Source: the human T2T-CHM13v2.0 reference genome, Homo sapiens. From it: a stretch of DNA of 64,000 nucleotides. Location: the NCBI RefSeq assembly GCF_009914755.1, contig NC_060925.1; one strand, given 5' to 3'. The position numbers and the translations under genes were made by a program. Below, one piece after another: positions 1 through 17,670 of this stretch (position 1 is its first letter; every line of letters starts with the position of its first letter). Under the pieces are notes generated by a model. The model did not search any database and was not told where the DNA came from. It was given only the letters and a program-made list of their open reading frames with translations.

Positions 1-4
1 CTCT

Positions 5-335
5 CTTTTTCTTTTTTGTTTTTGAGACACAGTCTCACTCTGTTGCACAGACTGGAGTACAATGGCACGATCTCAGCTCACTGTAATCTCCACCTCCCGG
101 GTTCAAGCATTCTCCTGTCTCAGCCTCCCTCATGAGTAGCTGGGATTACAGGCGCCTGCCACTGTGCCCAGCTAATTGTTTGTATTTTTACAAACAATTG
201 TAAAAATTGTTTGTAACAAGAGGCAGGGTTTTGCCATGTTGGCCAGGCTGGTCTCGAACTCCTAACCTCAGGTGATCCACCTGCCTCAGCCTCCCAAAGT
301 GCTAAGATTACAGGCATGAGCGACTGTGCCTGGCC
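5..335 (-). mobile_element. Alu (S-type)
   Basis: Antisense Alu dimer. Confidence 0.93.
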
Positions 336-469
336 ATGTTTTATTTAAAAAAAAAAAAAAAAAATTAGAAATGAATAAGAAAAAATGTAAATAAAAAATT
401 GTTAATTCTGAGCACTGGGTACCTGGCTGTTTCTGTACTATTTCTGGTGTATTTATGATTATTTCCTTT

Positions 470-778
470 GTTTTTTTTTTTTTGAGACAGGGTCTTGTTC
501 TATCACCCGGGCTAGAATGCAGTGGTGTAATTATAGCTTACTGCAGCCTCAACTTCCTGGGCTCAAGTGATCCTCCCACCTCAGCTTCCCAAGTAGCTGG
601 TACTCCCGGCACCTGTCACCATACCCAGGAAATTTTCAAGTTTTTTGTAGAGATGGGGTCTCGCTATGTTGTCCAGGCTGGTCTCTAAATCCTGGGCTCA
701 AGAGATCCTCTTGCCTCCCAAGTTTCTGGGAGCCTCCCAAAGTTCTGGGACTACAGGCGAGAGCCACTATGCCTGGCC
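470..778 (-). mobile_element. Alu (J-type)
   Basis: Antisense Alu dimer. Confidence 0.9.
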
Positions 779-1189
779 ATGATATTTCATAATAAAAATG
801 ATTACTAATGTGCTTAAAAGACAATTTATTTGCCACTTCACAAGTTAATGAGTCACTTGTCACGTGTGCAGGGACTGTCCCCAGATCCTACTGATTTAAG
901 GCAATTCTTTCGCTGTGGCAGGAGACGTCAGGATTTCCTAAAAATGTCTCAATCAAATTAAAGAAAAATTTTGAAAAATACAAAGAAAATGAGCTGCTGA
1001 GGGTGGCAAAGGAAATGAAATACAATTTAGCACTGCACTCTTTGTCACTGCAAATGGAAAGGATGAGGTGGGAAGCTGAAGGCCTATATCTGACTTCTGC
1101 CTCTCATGACTTGTGAGATACTGGACAAGTTCTGTTGTCTCTAGACCACAGCAGTCTCACCTGTAGAAAATGGTGCTGGATTCAATCAG

Positions 1190-1381
1190 TGATTCTTGGG
1201 AATGCTTGCTGAAATGCAGATTCCTGGGCCCCAAGCCTAAAGATTCAGTAGGTCTGGGGTGGAGCCCAGGAATCTATTTTTTTTCCTTCTGCACCTGCTC
1301 CCAGGAATCTATATTTTTAATGGCCACTGCTGCGACCCTGATGCAGGTAGGCAGAACACAGACCAGCCTTTGAGAAACACA
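1190..1381. mobile_element. MER5A-like hAT-Charlie MITE
   Basis: AATGCAGATTCCTGGGCCC...AGTAGGTCTGGGGTGGAGCCCAGGAATCT...TTTGAGAAACAC. Confidence 0.75.
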
Positions 1382-1392
1382 GGGGTAGATGA

Positions 1393-1708
<316 letters not shown>

Positions 1709-1709
1709 T

Positions 1710-2044
1710 GACCTCCTGTTTAGACTTACAATTTTTGGACTTTACGATAATGTAAAAACAATATGTGTTCACCAGAAACCATGCTTTGAGTACATATGCA
1801 ACCATTCTGTTTCTCATGTGACTACAGTCTTGTGAGATGTTCAACCTTTATTATGGAATAGGCTTTGTGTTAGATTATTTTGCCCAACTGTGGGCTAATG
1901 TAAGTGTCCTGAGCAAGTTTAAGGTAGGTGAGGCTAAGCTATAACATTCGGCAGGCTAAGTGTATGAAATGCATTTTCAACATACATTTTTAACTTAACA
2001 TGGGTTCAACAGGATGTAACATTGTAAGTCAAGGAGCATCTGTA
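1710..2044. mobile_element. Tigger3-like TcMar DNA transposon remnant
   Basis: Terminal GTAAGTCAAGGAGCATCTGTA and internal ATAGGCTTTGTGTTAGAT...GGCTAAGCTAT. Confidence 0.75.
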
Positions 2045-2685
2045 TAATTTAACACTTGATGGAAAGTGAAAGTGTTATAAAATTGTAACAGGAAAATGGC
2101 TTGTAACAACAGGAGTGCAGAAATTAAATACAAGCCTTTTAGACTAGTAACACATTTTGTTTCACTGCATGTATCTGAAAAATATGAGCATAAATTAATA
2201 TGTCAGGAAAATGAAAGGATGTCTGCTTTTGCCACTTCTATTCAACATACATGTTCTAGCCAGGACAATCAGATAAGAAAAAAGGCATCCAGATTGAAAA
2301 GGAAGAAGCAAAACTCTCTCTTCTTACAGATGAAATGACCTTGCATGTAGAAAATCATAAGGTCTAACTTTAAAATGATTAAGTAATAAATACATGGATC
2401 TGTTCAGCAATGTTGCAGCACACAGATCAATCACAAAAACAATCTGTATGTCTATATACTCGCAATGAACAATCTTAAAATTAAATTAGAAAAACAATTC
2501 CACTTACAACAGCATCAAAAAGATAACATAAGTATTTAATAATTTAACAAAAGAAGTGCAAGACTTTTATACTGAAAAATCAAACATCATTGAAGGAAAT
2601 TTAATAAGACATGGATGTTCAAAGACTTAATACTGTTAACACGGCAATACTCCCCAGGTTGATCCACAGATAGAATGCAATCCCT

Positions 2686-3303
2686 GATGGGAATGTGAAC
2701 TAGTACAACCACTATGGAAAACAGTGTGGAGATTCCTTGAAGAACTAAAGGTAGATCTACCATTTGATCCAGCGATCCCATTAGGAAAGTAAGTCATTAT
2801 ATGAAAAAGATACTTGCACATGCATGTTTATAGCAGCACAATTTGCAACTGCAAAAATATGGAACCAGCCCAAATGCCCATCAATCAATGAGTAAAGAAA
2901 ATGTGGTATATATATATATACCATGGAGTACTACTCAGCCATAAAAAGAAACAAAATAATGGCATTCACAGCACCTGCGTGCAGCTGGAGGCCATTATTC
3001 TAAGTAAAGTAACTCAGGAATGGAAATCCAAACATCGTATGTTCTCACTCATAAGTGGGAGCTAAGCTATGAGGATGCAAAGGCATAAGAATGATACAAT
3101 GGACTTTGGGGACTTGGTGGGGACAGGGTGGGAGGGGGTAGGAATAAGACTACACACTGGTTACAGTGTACACTGCTTGGGTGATGGGTGCACCAAAATC
3201 TCAGAAATCACCGCTAAAGAACTTATTCATGTAATCAAACACCACCTGCTCCCCCAAAACCGATTGAAATTATATATTTATTCATATATATGCATATATA
3301 TAT
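2686..3303 (+). mobile_element. Nested L1 3' end (L1PB/L1MA-type) with 11-bp TSD ATGCAATCCCT
   Basis: TSD copies at 2675-2685 and 3304-3314; typical 3'UTR motifs (ATGTTCTCACTCATAAGTGGGAGCTAA). Confidence 0.85.
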
Positions 3304-3456
3304 ATGCAATCCCTTAAAACATTCCAGCTAGGTTTTCTTTTTTTTTTTTGCACAAATTAACAAGCTGATCATAAAATTCATATGGAAGTGCAAGAGACCC
3401 AGAATAGCCAATCAAGCTTGAAAAAGAACAAGGTTGGAGGATTCACATTTCCTAAT

Positions 3457-3759
3457 TTCTTTTTTTTTTTTTTTTTTTTTTGAGACGGAGTCTTGCTGTC
3501 ACCCAGGATGAAATGCAGTGGCAATCTCAGCTCAATGCAACCTCTGCCTCCCAGGTTCAAGCGATTCTTCTGCCTCAGCCTCTGGAGTAGCTGGGATTAC
3601 AGGCGCCCGACACCATGCCTGGCTAATTTTTTTGTATTTTTAGTAGAGACAGGGTTTCACCATGTTGGTCAGGCTGGTCTCGAACTCCTGACCTCGTGAT
3701 CCACCTGCCTCGGGCTCCCAAAGTGCTGGGATTACAGGAGTGAGCCACCGTGCCCAGCC
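3457..3759 (-). mobile_element. Alu (S-type) inside L1
   Basis: Antisense dimer. Confidence 0.93.
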
Positions 3760-4289
3760 TCCCAATTTCAAATCTTACTAAAAAGCTACATAATCAAGAC
3801 AGTGTAGTACTGGTTAAAGACGCAGACACATAGATCAATGGAATAGAATTGAGAGTCCTCAAGTAAATCCTTACATCTACAGTCACTGATTTTCAACAAA
3901 TGGGTGCTGGGACAACTGGATATCCACATGCAAAAGAATGAAGTTAAACCTCTATTTCATGCCATATATGAAAATGAACATGGATCCAAGACCTACGTAT
4001 AAGTGCTAAAACTATAAAACTCTTGGAACTGTAAAACAAAGGCACAAATCTTTGTGACCTCACATTAGACAATAGTTCCTTACATATGACAGCAAAAACA
4101 TGTGACAAAATTGGACTTCATCAAAATTTACAACTTTTGTGTGTTAAAGGGCACCATTTGCAAAGCATGTATCTGATAAGGGACTTGTATCCAGCATATA
4201 TAAAGAACTCTTACAATTCAACAATAACAAAATAATTTTATAAATGGGCAAAGGATCTGAATAGATATTTCTCTAAAGATATACAAATG

Positions 4290-4408
4290 ACTCTCTCTCC
4301 CCTCCTTTCCTCCCTTCTTCCCTCCACCCCTCCCTCCCTCACCACCTTCTCCCTCTCTCCACCCCTTCCTCCCTCACTTCCTCCCCCTCCTCCCTCCCTC
4401 ACTTCCCA
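4290..4408. repeat. C/T-rich low-complexity tract
   Basis: Near-pure pyrimidine run of CCCT/CCTC units. Confidence 0.9.
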
Positions 4409-4454
4409 CATCTAGCTCATATACCATAATAATTCACCCTGTTAACAGTGTGCA

Positions 4455-4680
4455 GCCTCAGCAATATGACAAAACCCTGTCTCTACAAAACATTTAATAA
4501 TTAGCTGGGCATGGTGGCATGCACTTGTAGTCCCAGCTATTCGGGAGGCTGAAATGGGAAGTTCACTTGAGCCCGGGGAGGTCAAGGCTACAGTGAGCTG
4601 TGATCATGCCACTGCACTCCAGCCTGGGCAACAGAGTGAGGCCTCGTCTCAGAAAAAAAGAAAAACAACGAAACAAAAAA
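4455..4680 (+). mobile_element. 5'-truncated Alu (J-type)
   Basis: End of left arm plus right arm and A tail. Confidence 0.88.
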
Positions 4681-5517
4681 GGAAGATATACAAATGGCCA
4701 ATAAGCACATGAAGAAAATGCTCAACATCATTAGTTATTATGGAAATACGAATAAAAATCACAATGAAATAACAATTTACACCCACTAGGATTGGTATAT
4801 TTTAAAAGACAGACAATTTATTAAGTGTTGACAAGAATATGGAGAAACTAGAATCCTCATATACTGACTATGGAAATGTAAAGTGGGCTGCTGCTTTAGA
4901 AAACAACCTGGCAGTGCCTCAAGTGATTAAACACACAATTATATGACCCAGGTCTTCTACTCCTAGACATTTAAGAGAAATGGAAATATATGACCACACA
5001 AAAACTTGTACCTACATGTTTACTACAGAATTATTCATATTCAAAAAGTAGAAGCAATCTAAATGTCCATCCATTAATGAATGAATAAAATAGGGCATAT
5101 CGATGCAATAGAATATTATATGATCATAAAAAAGAAGTACTGATACATACAAAATGGACAGACCTGGAACACATGTTACAGCAAAGAAACTGACACACAG
5201 AGTACGTACTGTGCATTTCCATTTATGTGAAATGTTCAAAACAGGCAAATCCATAGAGAAAGAAAGTGCATCAGTAGTTGTTAGGGGGTGGGGGGTTGGG
5301 GAGGTAAGAATGAGGAGTAACTGCTAATGGGTGTGGGGTTTCCTTTTGGGAGGTGGAGCCGGTTGTAGAACTCTAAGAATACACTAAAACCACTGAACCA
5401 CTTTAAAAGGGTGAATTTTATCTGAATAAAGTTTTTTAAAAGACAAAAAAGAAAAAATCCTTTTCTCTCAAGTATAAAGATTAAGTATAAGACATTCAGT
5501 GTACTTTTCAAGTTTCA

Positions 5518-5631
<114 letters not shown>

Positions 5632-6122
5632 TCAGTGATTCATTACTAAAAATACACTGATCATATTTTAAAATCGATTTGACAAAAATCATAATATGAC
5701 TCCACTTGCAGCAGATAAATGCATGTAAGATGCTGGTGCACTGGAGGCTTATAATATCAGGATGACATACGGTATTCTACTATTTTTGTTATCTAATTAC
5801 AATACTAAAGATAAGATATACCCAACATTCCATAAGGTGTTCAGAATTGCAACTTACATAGAATCATGTTTATGTACTTGCTACTCTAGTAGTACAAAAA
5901 GCAATTGATTTTACATCCCAACCCCACCACTTAAAAAAATATGTATTACGACCTTTGATTTTTTGGAAACTAAAAATTCTCATGAGTTCAAATACATCTT
6001 GGCATGCTTTAAAGTTAAGAGACCATGCAGAGAAAGGCTCAAAATTAACAGTCTGTTCCAAATATTCAAATTGAACTCTACTGTATATTGATTAAAAAAA
6101 AATTTTTTTTTAATTTTTAATT

Positions 6123-6550
6123 TTTCTTTTTTTTTTTTTTTCAAATAAGAGACAGTGTTTCACCATATTGGTCAGGCTGGTCTCGAACTCCTGACCTCAG
6201 GTGATCCGCCTGCCTCAGCCTCCCACAGTGCTGGGATTACAGGCGTGAGCCACCACACCCGGCCTAATTTCATTTTACAGACAGGGTTTCACTCTGATGC
6301 TCAGGCTGAGTGCAGTGGTGCAATGATATCTCATTCTAGCCTTGAACATACAATCTTCCCATCTCAGCCTTACAAGCAGCTAGCACTACAGGTGTGCACC
6401 ACCATGCCCAGCTAATATTTATAAATTTTTTGTAGAGAAGAGGTCTCACTGTGCTGCCCAGGCTGGTCTTGAACTCCTGGGCTCAAGTGATCCTCCCGCC
6501 TCGGTCTCCCAAAGTGCTGGGATTACAGGTGTGGGCCACTGTGCCCAGCC
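6123..6550 (-). mobile_element. Alu left-arm fragment plus adjacent AluJ
   Basis: Two antisense Alu segments (6123-6265, 6278-6550). Confidence 0.85.
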
Positions 6551-6962
6551 TGTTGATGTTGTTGAAGGTGCTTAAGCCTATTGTGCCAGCAGCCAATGAC
6601 AGTCCTTTCTACTTCTTAGAATGGAGAATCTTTTATTATTAAAGAGTTATCTCTCTTCAAAAGTTACCCAATGGCCTTACTCAGAGTGAACTGTTTTACT
6701 TCTGTATACAGTAAACCACTATGGTACATCTACCAGAGTATTGTCTGGCTGTTGTGGGCTAGATCAGACAGTTAAGAGTCCATACTCAGTGTATTTACAG
6801 TATTTTTTCTACACCTTCATTTAATCAAGAGAGCTACTGCTTGGCTATTCTTAAACAGATCTTTTCAGAGTTGTACTGTACAAAGCAATGTTTTAAGGCC
6901 AGTAGAACAAGTAATCTGAGGTCACTGTAGTAACTTGTCATTTAATTTAAAATATGTTTGTA

Positions 6963-7312
<350 letters not shown>

Positions 7313-7380
7313 CTATAGATTCCAACGTTGTAGTTCCATAAAAGACTGTATATGCTTTATTTGTTATTTACTTATTTACT

Positions 7381-7974
<594 letters not shown>

Positions 7975-8304
7975 TATGCTTTATTTTTTATTGTATATTT
8001 CTATATTGTTTTGGCTTTAGAACTCAATAGTAATTTCTGTTTATTAACTTCTCTCTAAAAGGTCACAACTTGGCTTTTTGCCTTTAAAATTTTTCTGACA
8101 TCACTTGCTGGCAAGGGAATAAAGCTTAGTGAAAACTCTCAGCTGTACGCATTTGTGATGAAAATCTTAATTTGTACCTGGGGTTTCTTAGCGTAGGCTT
8201 TAAAAAGTTACCTGGTTTTGTTTTTGTTTTTTTAGGTTAACTGTATGTTTAAGCTATCTTTAGCCCTCTATAATAATTTTTACTCCCAAAGGCAGATCAT
8301 TTGA

Positions 8305-8644
<340 letters not shown>

Positions 8645-9418
8645 ATTTATTTCTTTTAGTGTAACCAATATTATAGAATTTTGGCATATGCTGGGTATTT
8701 TAAAGTTTCATAAATAGAAAAGGAGGCAAGATAATAAGGAAAGATATAATTCCATAAAACTTTCTATTTTCAGTAAAAAATTTTTCATAAGACTTAAAAT
8801 GAACTTTAGTAAACAAGTGGTGTGTGTGTTTACTAAAGTAAACACCATCTTTATTGTCCTCCATTTACTTTATGAAATTTACCTGTCATAATAAATCCTA
8901 AATCCTAAACATGAATGAAATCCTAAACATGGCCTACAAATCTAAATGTATAACTACATATGAATCTATGGGTCTATTTGTTTAATGTCTTTCTTCCTCA
9001 CTGGACTGTAAGTTCCACGGTGGGCCACTAGTATGTCTATTTTACCCTGCCATTGTTTCTGCCTTACCACAGGTATGCAGGAAATGTTTTTTGAATGAGT
9101 AATAACGTAGCATATATTCATTTCAACTCAGAAATTAATCCATGTAAATGAGGTTAATATTCATTCACTAAGCTTGTGAATTTAAATGCCAAGTACATTC
9201 CTAATCATTGGACAGGAGATCGAGGAGAATAAAAGATTGTCTATGATTCCACCGTACAGACCGTTTGTTTACTAAAGTTCATTTTAAGTCTTCATATACC
9301 TGCTTTATTGACCTATATTTACTTTGAGAAATTCACCTGTCAAACTGTTTTAAATTTAAAGCAAAGCCGAATGAGAAATATGAGAGTCAGAAATCCCAGA
9401 GTTGCTTCAGCAAAATAA

Positions 9419-10091
<673 letters not shown>

Positions 10092-10203
10092 TAATTATAG
10101 TATTTTAACTGAGGTTTTATTTTCAAGGTGAGATAGTAAATACTCTGAATACTACTGAGCAAGTATTCTTAAAGAATGCTAACTTAAAAATTACTGAGAA
10201 ATA

Positions 10204-10490
10204 GGCCAGGTGCAGTGGCTCATGCCTGTAATACAGCACTTTGGGAAGCGTAGGTGGGCGGATCACTTGAGCCCAGAAGTTTGCAACCAGCCTAGGCAAC
10301 ATGGTGAAACCCCATCTCTACAAAAAACACAAAAAGTTAGCTGGGTGTAGTGGTGCGCACCTGTAGCCCCAGCTACATGGGAGGATTGTTTAAGCCAGGA
10401 GGTGGAGGCTGCAGTGAGCTGTGATCGTGCTAGTGCACCCCAGCCTGTGCAACAAAGTGAGACCCTCTCAAAAAAAAAAAAAAAAAAGAG
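10204..10490 (+). mobile_element. Alu (J-type)
   Basis: Sense dimer. Confidence 0.9.
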
Positions 10491-10708
10491 AAATAAAATA
10501 TTGCATTTTAAAAATGCATCAATCTTAAAGCAAAACTGTAAACTCACTAATGCTGGAGTTACAGGATCATATTTGAGTTTTTGCCTTTACTATGAAGACA
10601 ACAACATTTGCTACTATATATGTTGTAAAACACACAAGAATCATTGCTCCATGCTGCCTGGGCTCTAAGGTAAATTTTAGAACAATTTTATATATTAAAA
10701 AGAAGCTA

Positions 10709-10909
<201 letters not shown>

Positions 10910-11513
10910 TTAAGTATGCTTTCAGGCAAGATTTTTAGAGAAAATTTTTCCCAAAACGTATCATTTAAAATTTTCACCCCATAACTCTGACATACCACTG
11001 TTAGCGTTTGGTGTGTATCCTTGACCGTTTTTTCCATGCACATATAAAAAACCAATTACAAAGAGTATATACACAATTTTGCATACTGCTGTTTGCCATT
11101 TCCCATTGTATCAAAAGCATTTCCTTATGTTGTTGCAGCTGTCACAGCCATTCTTCCTCATGTGTGTATAACATCCCAATGAGCAGATACACCCTGATTT
11201 ACTCATTTTCCCCTACTATTAGACATTTGGTTGCTACTAAATGTCTACTAAAATATCTACTAAGTATCTACTAAAATAATGTAGGCATGTTTTGGTGTAC
11301 ATGTTTATTTACTCCTAACAATTTGTTTTGTACTTACATTCCCAGAGTGAAATTACTGGGACAAGAAAGAGATATTTTTATGGATTTTGGTATACACCGC
11401 CAACTGCTTTTTGAAAGCAACTTTTACTAATTTATAGGGTTATCAGCAATGTATGAGAATGACAACTGCACTGTATTCTCCCTGGTATGGGATACTAGTA
11501 AACAAAAGTTTAA

Positions 11514-11906
<393 letters not shown>

Positions 11907-12264
11907 CTAGTGATGTTTATGAATTGCATGTTCTCTTCTGAGGACTGCCTTATCATGCTGCTTTGCCATCTGCCCTCTGAGTTTTCTATTTTTCTTGTTC
12001 ATCTATGCAAGCTTTTAATAAAGTAATTATCTTAATCCTGTGCACATTTTATATGCTAAAATAGTTTTTCATTTGCTACTTAATGCTATTTTTGAAATTC
12101 AGAAGTCCATAAATTTCACCTTGGCAAATCTGACAAACTTTTCCTTTGTGATTATTACTATTAAATTCTGAGCTGAGAGAGCTATGCCCCCCTGTCCCAA
12201 GGTCTGATATATATTGAAATCTTAATGTCTTCTAATTTCTCCATGATCCCATTTTTAATTCTGT

Positions 12265-12570
12265 GCACAGCTGGCTCCTTAGTCCTGCTCAGGTCTCAGC
12301 TCCACTACCTTCTCCTCCGAGAGGCTTTCTCCAGATGTCCTCCAGAAGGCTCCAACTCCCAACTTCTATCACATCAACCTGTTTTATCTTATTAATACCA
12401 TTTATCACTCTGATATTTCTTATTTTATTTTATTATTAAACTAACTGCCTCTACTAGAAGACAAACACCTTGAGAACAGGAAGGAGCTTGCCTGATCAAC
12501 CACTGCATCCCCAGCATCGAGCCTGGCCTGACATGACTGACAACTCAAAATGTTTGCTGAATAAATAATG
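12265..12570 (+). mobile_element. L2 3' remnant
   Basis: GCTGGCTCCTT..AGGTCTCAGCTC..; CTCAAAATGTTTGCTGAATAAAT end. Confidence 0.65.
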
Positions 12571-12792
12571 TTGAACTAAAAATCAACCAGAATTGACTAT
12601 AGTATAGAGGATTAAATGAAAGATATACCTCTAATACTCTAAAAACTTTCATGTTAAAATGAAGGGATAAAGTACTTTACAATAATGTCTCATTTTAGCC
12701 AGCAGTATAGGGAAACCATACAAAATTCAATTTGATAAGCTAGGTCAGTGGTTTATAAACATTTTTTTCCCTCTGCACAGAGTGATATAAAC

Positions 12793-13105
<313 letters not shown>

Positions 13106-14392
13106 TTTCCCTTCCTTTCTTTCCTTTTTTAAAATAAATAATATTTTTTTCCTCCTCCAAAACAGATAAAAATATTCCAAGAGTCCGGATTCCTCAGGCA
13201 GTTTATCGCTCTGTATTCAGCTAATGTATTTTCTTCTAAAACTTTAATAGTGATAGAGTTTGGAAGGATTGATAGCATATATACTTAGGATAAGGAACTG
13301 ATAGGACTTGGTGAGTACCTAGACATGAGAGTGACGATAACTCTCATGATTCTGGTTTAGGTGACTTGAGGAAAAGGAGATGGTTACCCAAGATTAAAAA
13401 TACAGGCGATGAGAACAGATGGGATGGAGACAATGTTACCATTAGAATGCCCATGGGACATTCAAGTGGAGAAGTTCAGGAGGCAACTCAAAGCATGTCT
13501 GGAGTTCACAAGAGATGCTGGGGCTGTAATTATAGATTTAACAGCCTTCAGCATACAGGCAGTAATGAATGAAATTGCCTGGGAAGAATGAGTAAAATAA
13601 AACAGAAGGCTAGGTAGCAAATCCTAATGATTAATATTTAAGAGGAAAGCAAAAAGGAAATAATGAATCATACCAAAAGTAAAAACTATAGTGACCAGAT
13701 AAAAATCCTCACCTTGAAACTACAAATCTAGAAAAGATGATGATAAAACGAGTAATTCTCTGTACTGTCCATTCAATTGACATGACATGTGACATGCTAT
13801 TTCACAGTGGGTCCTTCCTGGCACCCAACTCCATTTTGTCTGTGACTAGGCTATGATACAACAAACAAATTCAATGAATAATTGAATGTGTTACCAGAAA
13901 AATTCCCTAGTCCTCCCAAATCATCTTGACTTACTCATGGAACTTAAATAACCCATCAGCTGTTTTGTTACTAAGCAAGGAAGAAGCTTTATCTTCCACC
14001 TATCTCCTAAACCTGTTTCTGCTCCACAACACAGTTTAATTTCTATTCCTCACCTCTGCTCTCATACACCTACTTTTTATTCTGATGTAAGGCAATTATG
14101 AAGCCAGGTATCTCTTAAGATCCAAAACAACTTGTTTATGGCAATTCCCTTACTAAGATCATAAAAACCAAAATAAAAGTTGGGAAAAAATAGCATGATA
14201 CAGGTTGGAAAAATGAGATATCATATCTATCTCTCCCATAACATAAGCAAGCTGTCTGTAACTCCTTTCACGCATCAACTCTTTTCCATAAAGCTTCTAA
14301 TTTCTCATCCAAACAACAGAGTAGCTTAAATATATACAGTACTTCTGTGCCTATAAACATTAACAACTTCTTGTGGATTGGAGAAATGACTA

Positions 14393-14786
<394 letters not shown>

Positions 14787-14850
14787 TTACTGAAATTAGT
14801 TACAGGTTCCAACTGTACCATTAAGGACAACATAAAATTAGAGACATATA

Positions 14851-14866
<16 letters not shown>

Positions 14867-14897
<31 letters not shown>

Positions 14898-15182
14898 AGA
14901 CGGAGTCTCGCTCTGTCTCTGTCACTCAGGCTGGAGTGCAGTGGTATGATCTTGGCTCACTACAACCTCTGCCTCCCAGGTTCAAGTGATTCTCCTGCCT
15001 CAGCCTTCTGGTAGCTGGGACTACAGGCATGCGCCACCACACCTGGCTAATTTTTTGTATTTTTAGTAGAGATGGGGTTTCACCATGTTAGCCAGGATGG
15101 TCTGGATTTCCTGACCTCATGATCCACCCGCCTCGGCCTCCCAAAGTGCTGGGATTACAGATGTGAGCCACCACGCCCAGCC
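14867..15182 (-). mobile_element. Alu (S-type) with (TA)n next to its tail
   Basis: Antisense dimer. Confidence 0.92.
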
Positions 15183-16011
15183 AAAACATAAATATTTTAA
15201 GAGAAACACACAGTAGTCTTCACTTGTGAAGAATCACTTGTGACGCCCACTGAGATTTATGCTTCAGTGAGCTACACAATGAAAACCTTACAGGCGACCT
15301 GCTTACTGGACAAGCTATACTGCCGACATGTGACTCCAGGCAATCACCAAGTGTGGAGGGAATACGATGATGAACTTCCTCTCGCAAATGGAATACACTA
15401 CCTACTTCTCTTCTGTTACTCTTTGCTGATGATATGCCAGCAAACAATCACTATCATTCTTCCGAGCAAACAAACCCAATCAGCCTTGATGCAGTAAAAA
15501 AAAGGATTTAAAATTAAACATATTTTCAACACAAATAGAATTTTGTACAACAGGAGAGAATTTTTTTAATTGCTAAAAGTTTATTTTTTCTTTCTATTAT
15601 ATAAAGCTAATATATGTTTATTATGGAACATTTAGAAGATAGATATACAAAAAGAAGAAAATTAAAATCATCCATAATCTTAGCTCCCCACCAGGTATAG
15701 CCACTATTAAATAATTGCTTGCTTTTTGTGTGTGTGGTTATTTTTGTTGTTTGAATAGGGACTGGGTTTCATCAAGTTGCCCAGGCTGGTCGTCTCAAAC
15801 TCATGGGCTCAATGATCTGCCCGCCTCGGCCTCCCAAAGTGCTGGGAGGATAAGCCTGAGACATCACACGTGGCCTGCTTGTTTTTTAAAAGAAAAAATA
15901 TTATACAAAATTAATAAAGGTAATAAAATCAAGTCTATTTAGCCTAAAGCCTGAAGGGAGATAAAAAGCACAAGGCTATAGTCATTAAAACTCTTAATAA
16001 CTAGACCTGGT

Positions 16012-16976
<965 letters not shown>

Positions 16977-17447
16977 TCACTATTTTGGCTGAGTACTTCC
17001 CATCATTAGTACCCACTGCCAGATATACCATCCTGAACACAAGCAAGGAAGGTTAACCCCTCTCCCCCAACCCAATTTTTATTTTGAAAAGCTTCAAACC
17101 TATAGAAAAGTTCAAATCACCATTCAAATCACCTAGACTCACCAACTGTTCACATTTTGCCACATTTGCCTTTTTGCTCTCTCTCCACACACACTTTTCT
17201 GTTGTTGGATCACTTAAAAATACAGATATCATGAATTTTTAACTTTAAGTATTTCAGCATGTATTTCCTAAGAACAAGGACATTCTAAGCGAAAATAATA
17301 TTTTTTATGAACTAATCAAAATTTGCAATTCTTTCTATAAGGCTGACCAAGATAATGGAACAGACTCCATAAAACTGCGATTAGCTTGAAGCATTAAAGT
17401 TCATTTTCTTCCTCTTTGCTGCACCCCATGTGACTTTCTTTTGGAAT

Positions 17448-17670
17448 ACAGTTTCTCAACCTCAGCACCAATGACATTTTGGGCCAGATAATTATTTGCT
17501 GGGGCGGGGGTGGGGTGGTGTCCTGTGGCTGCAGGATGTTTAGCAGAATCCCTGTCCCTTTACCCACTAGATGCCAGTATCACCCTACATCCAGTTTTAA
17601 CAACTGAAAGTGTCTCTATACACTGCTCTGTGCGCGGAGGGCAAATTGCCCCTGGTGAAGAAACACTGCT
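17448..17670. mobile_element. MER20 hAT-Charlie MITE
   Basis: TTTCTCAACCTCAGCAC..TGACATTTTGGGCCAGATAATT...TACCCACTAGATGCCAGT...AAACACTG. Confidence 0.85.

Larger units (their letters stand above)
2205..5435 (+). mobile_element. Old L1M (L1MB-like) ORF2/3'UTR remnant, interrupted by nested L1 and Alu insertions
   Basis: Degenerate ORF2 motifs (CCACTTCTATTCAACAT, AAGCTACATAATCAAGACAGTG, AAATGGGCAAAGGATCTGAATAGA) and 3' end TTTAAAAGGGTGAATTTTAT. Confidence 0.85.
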
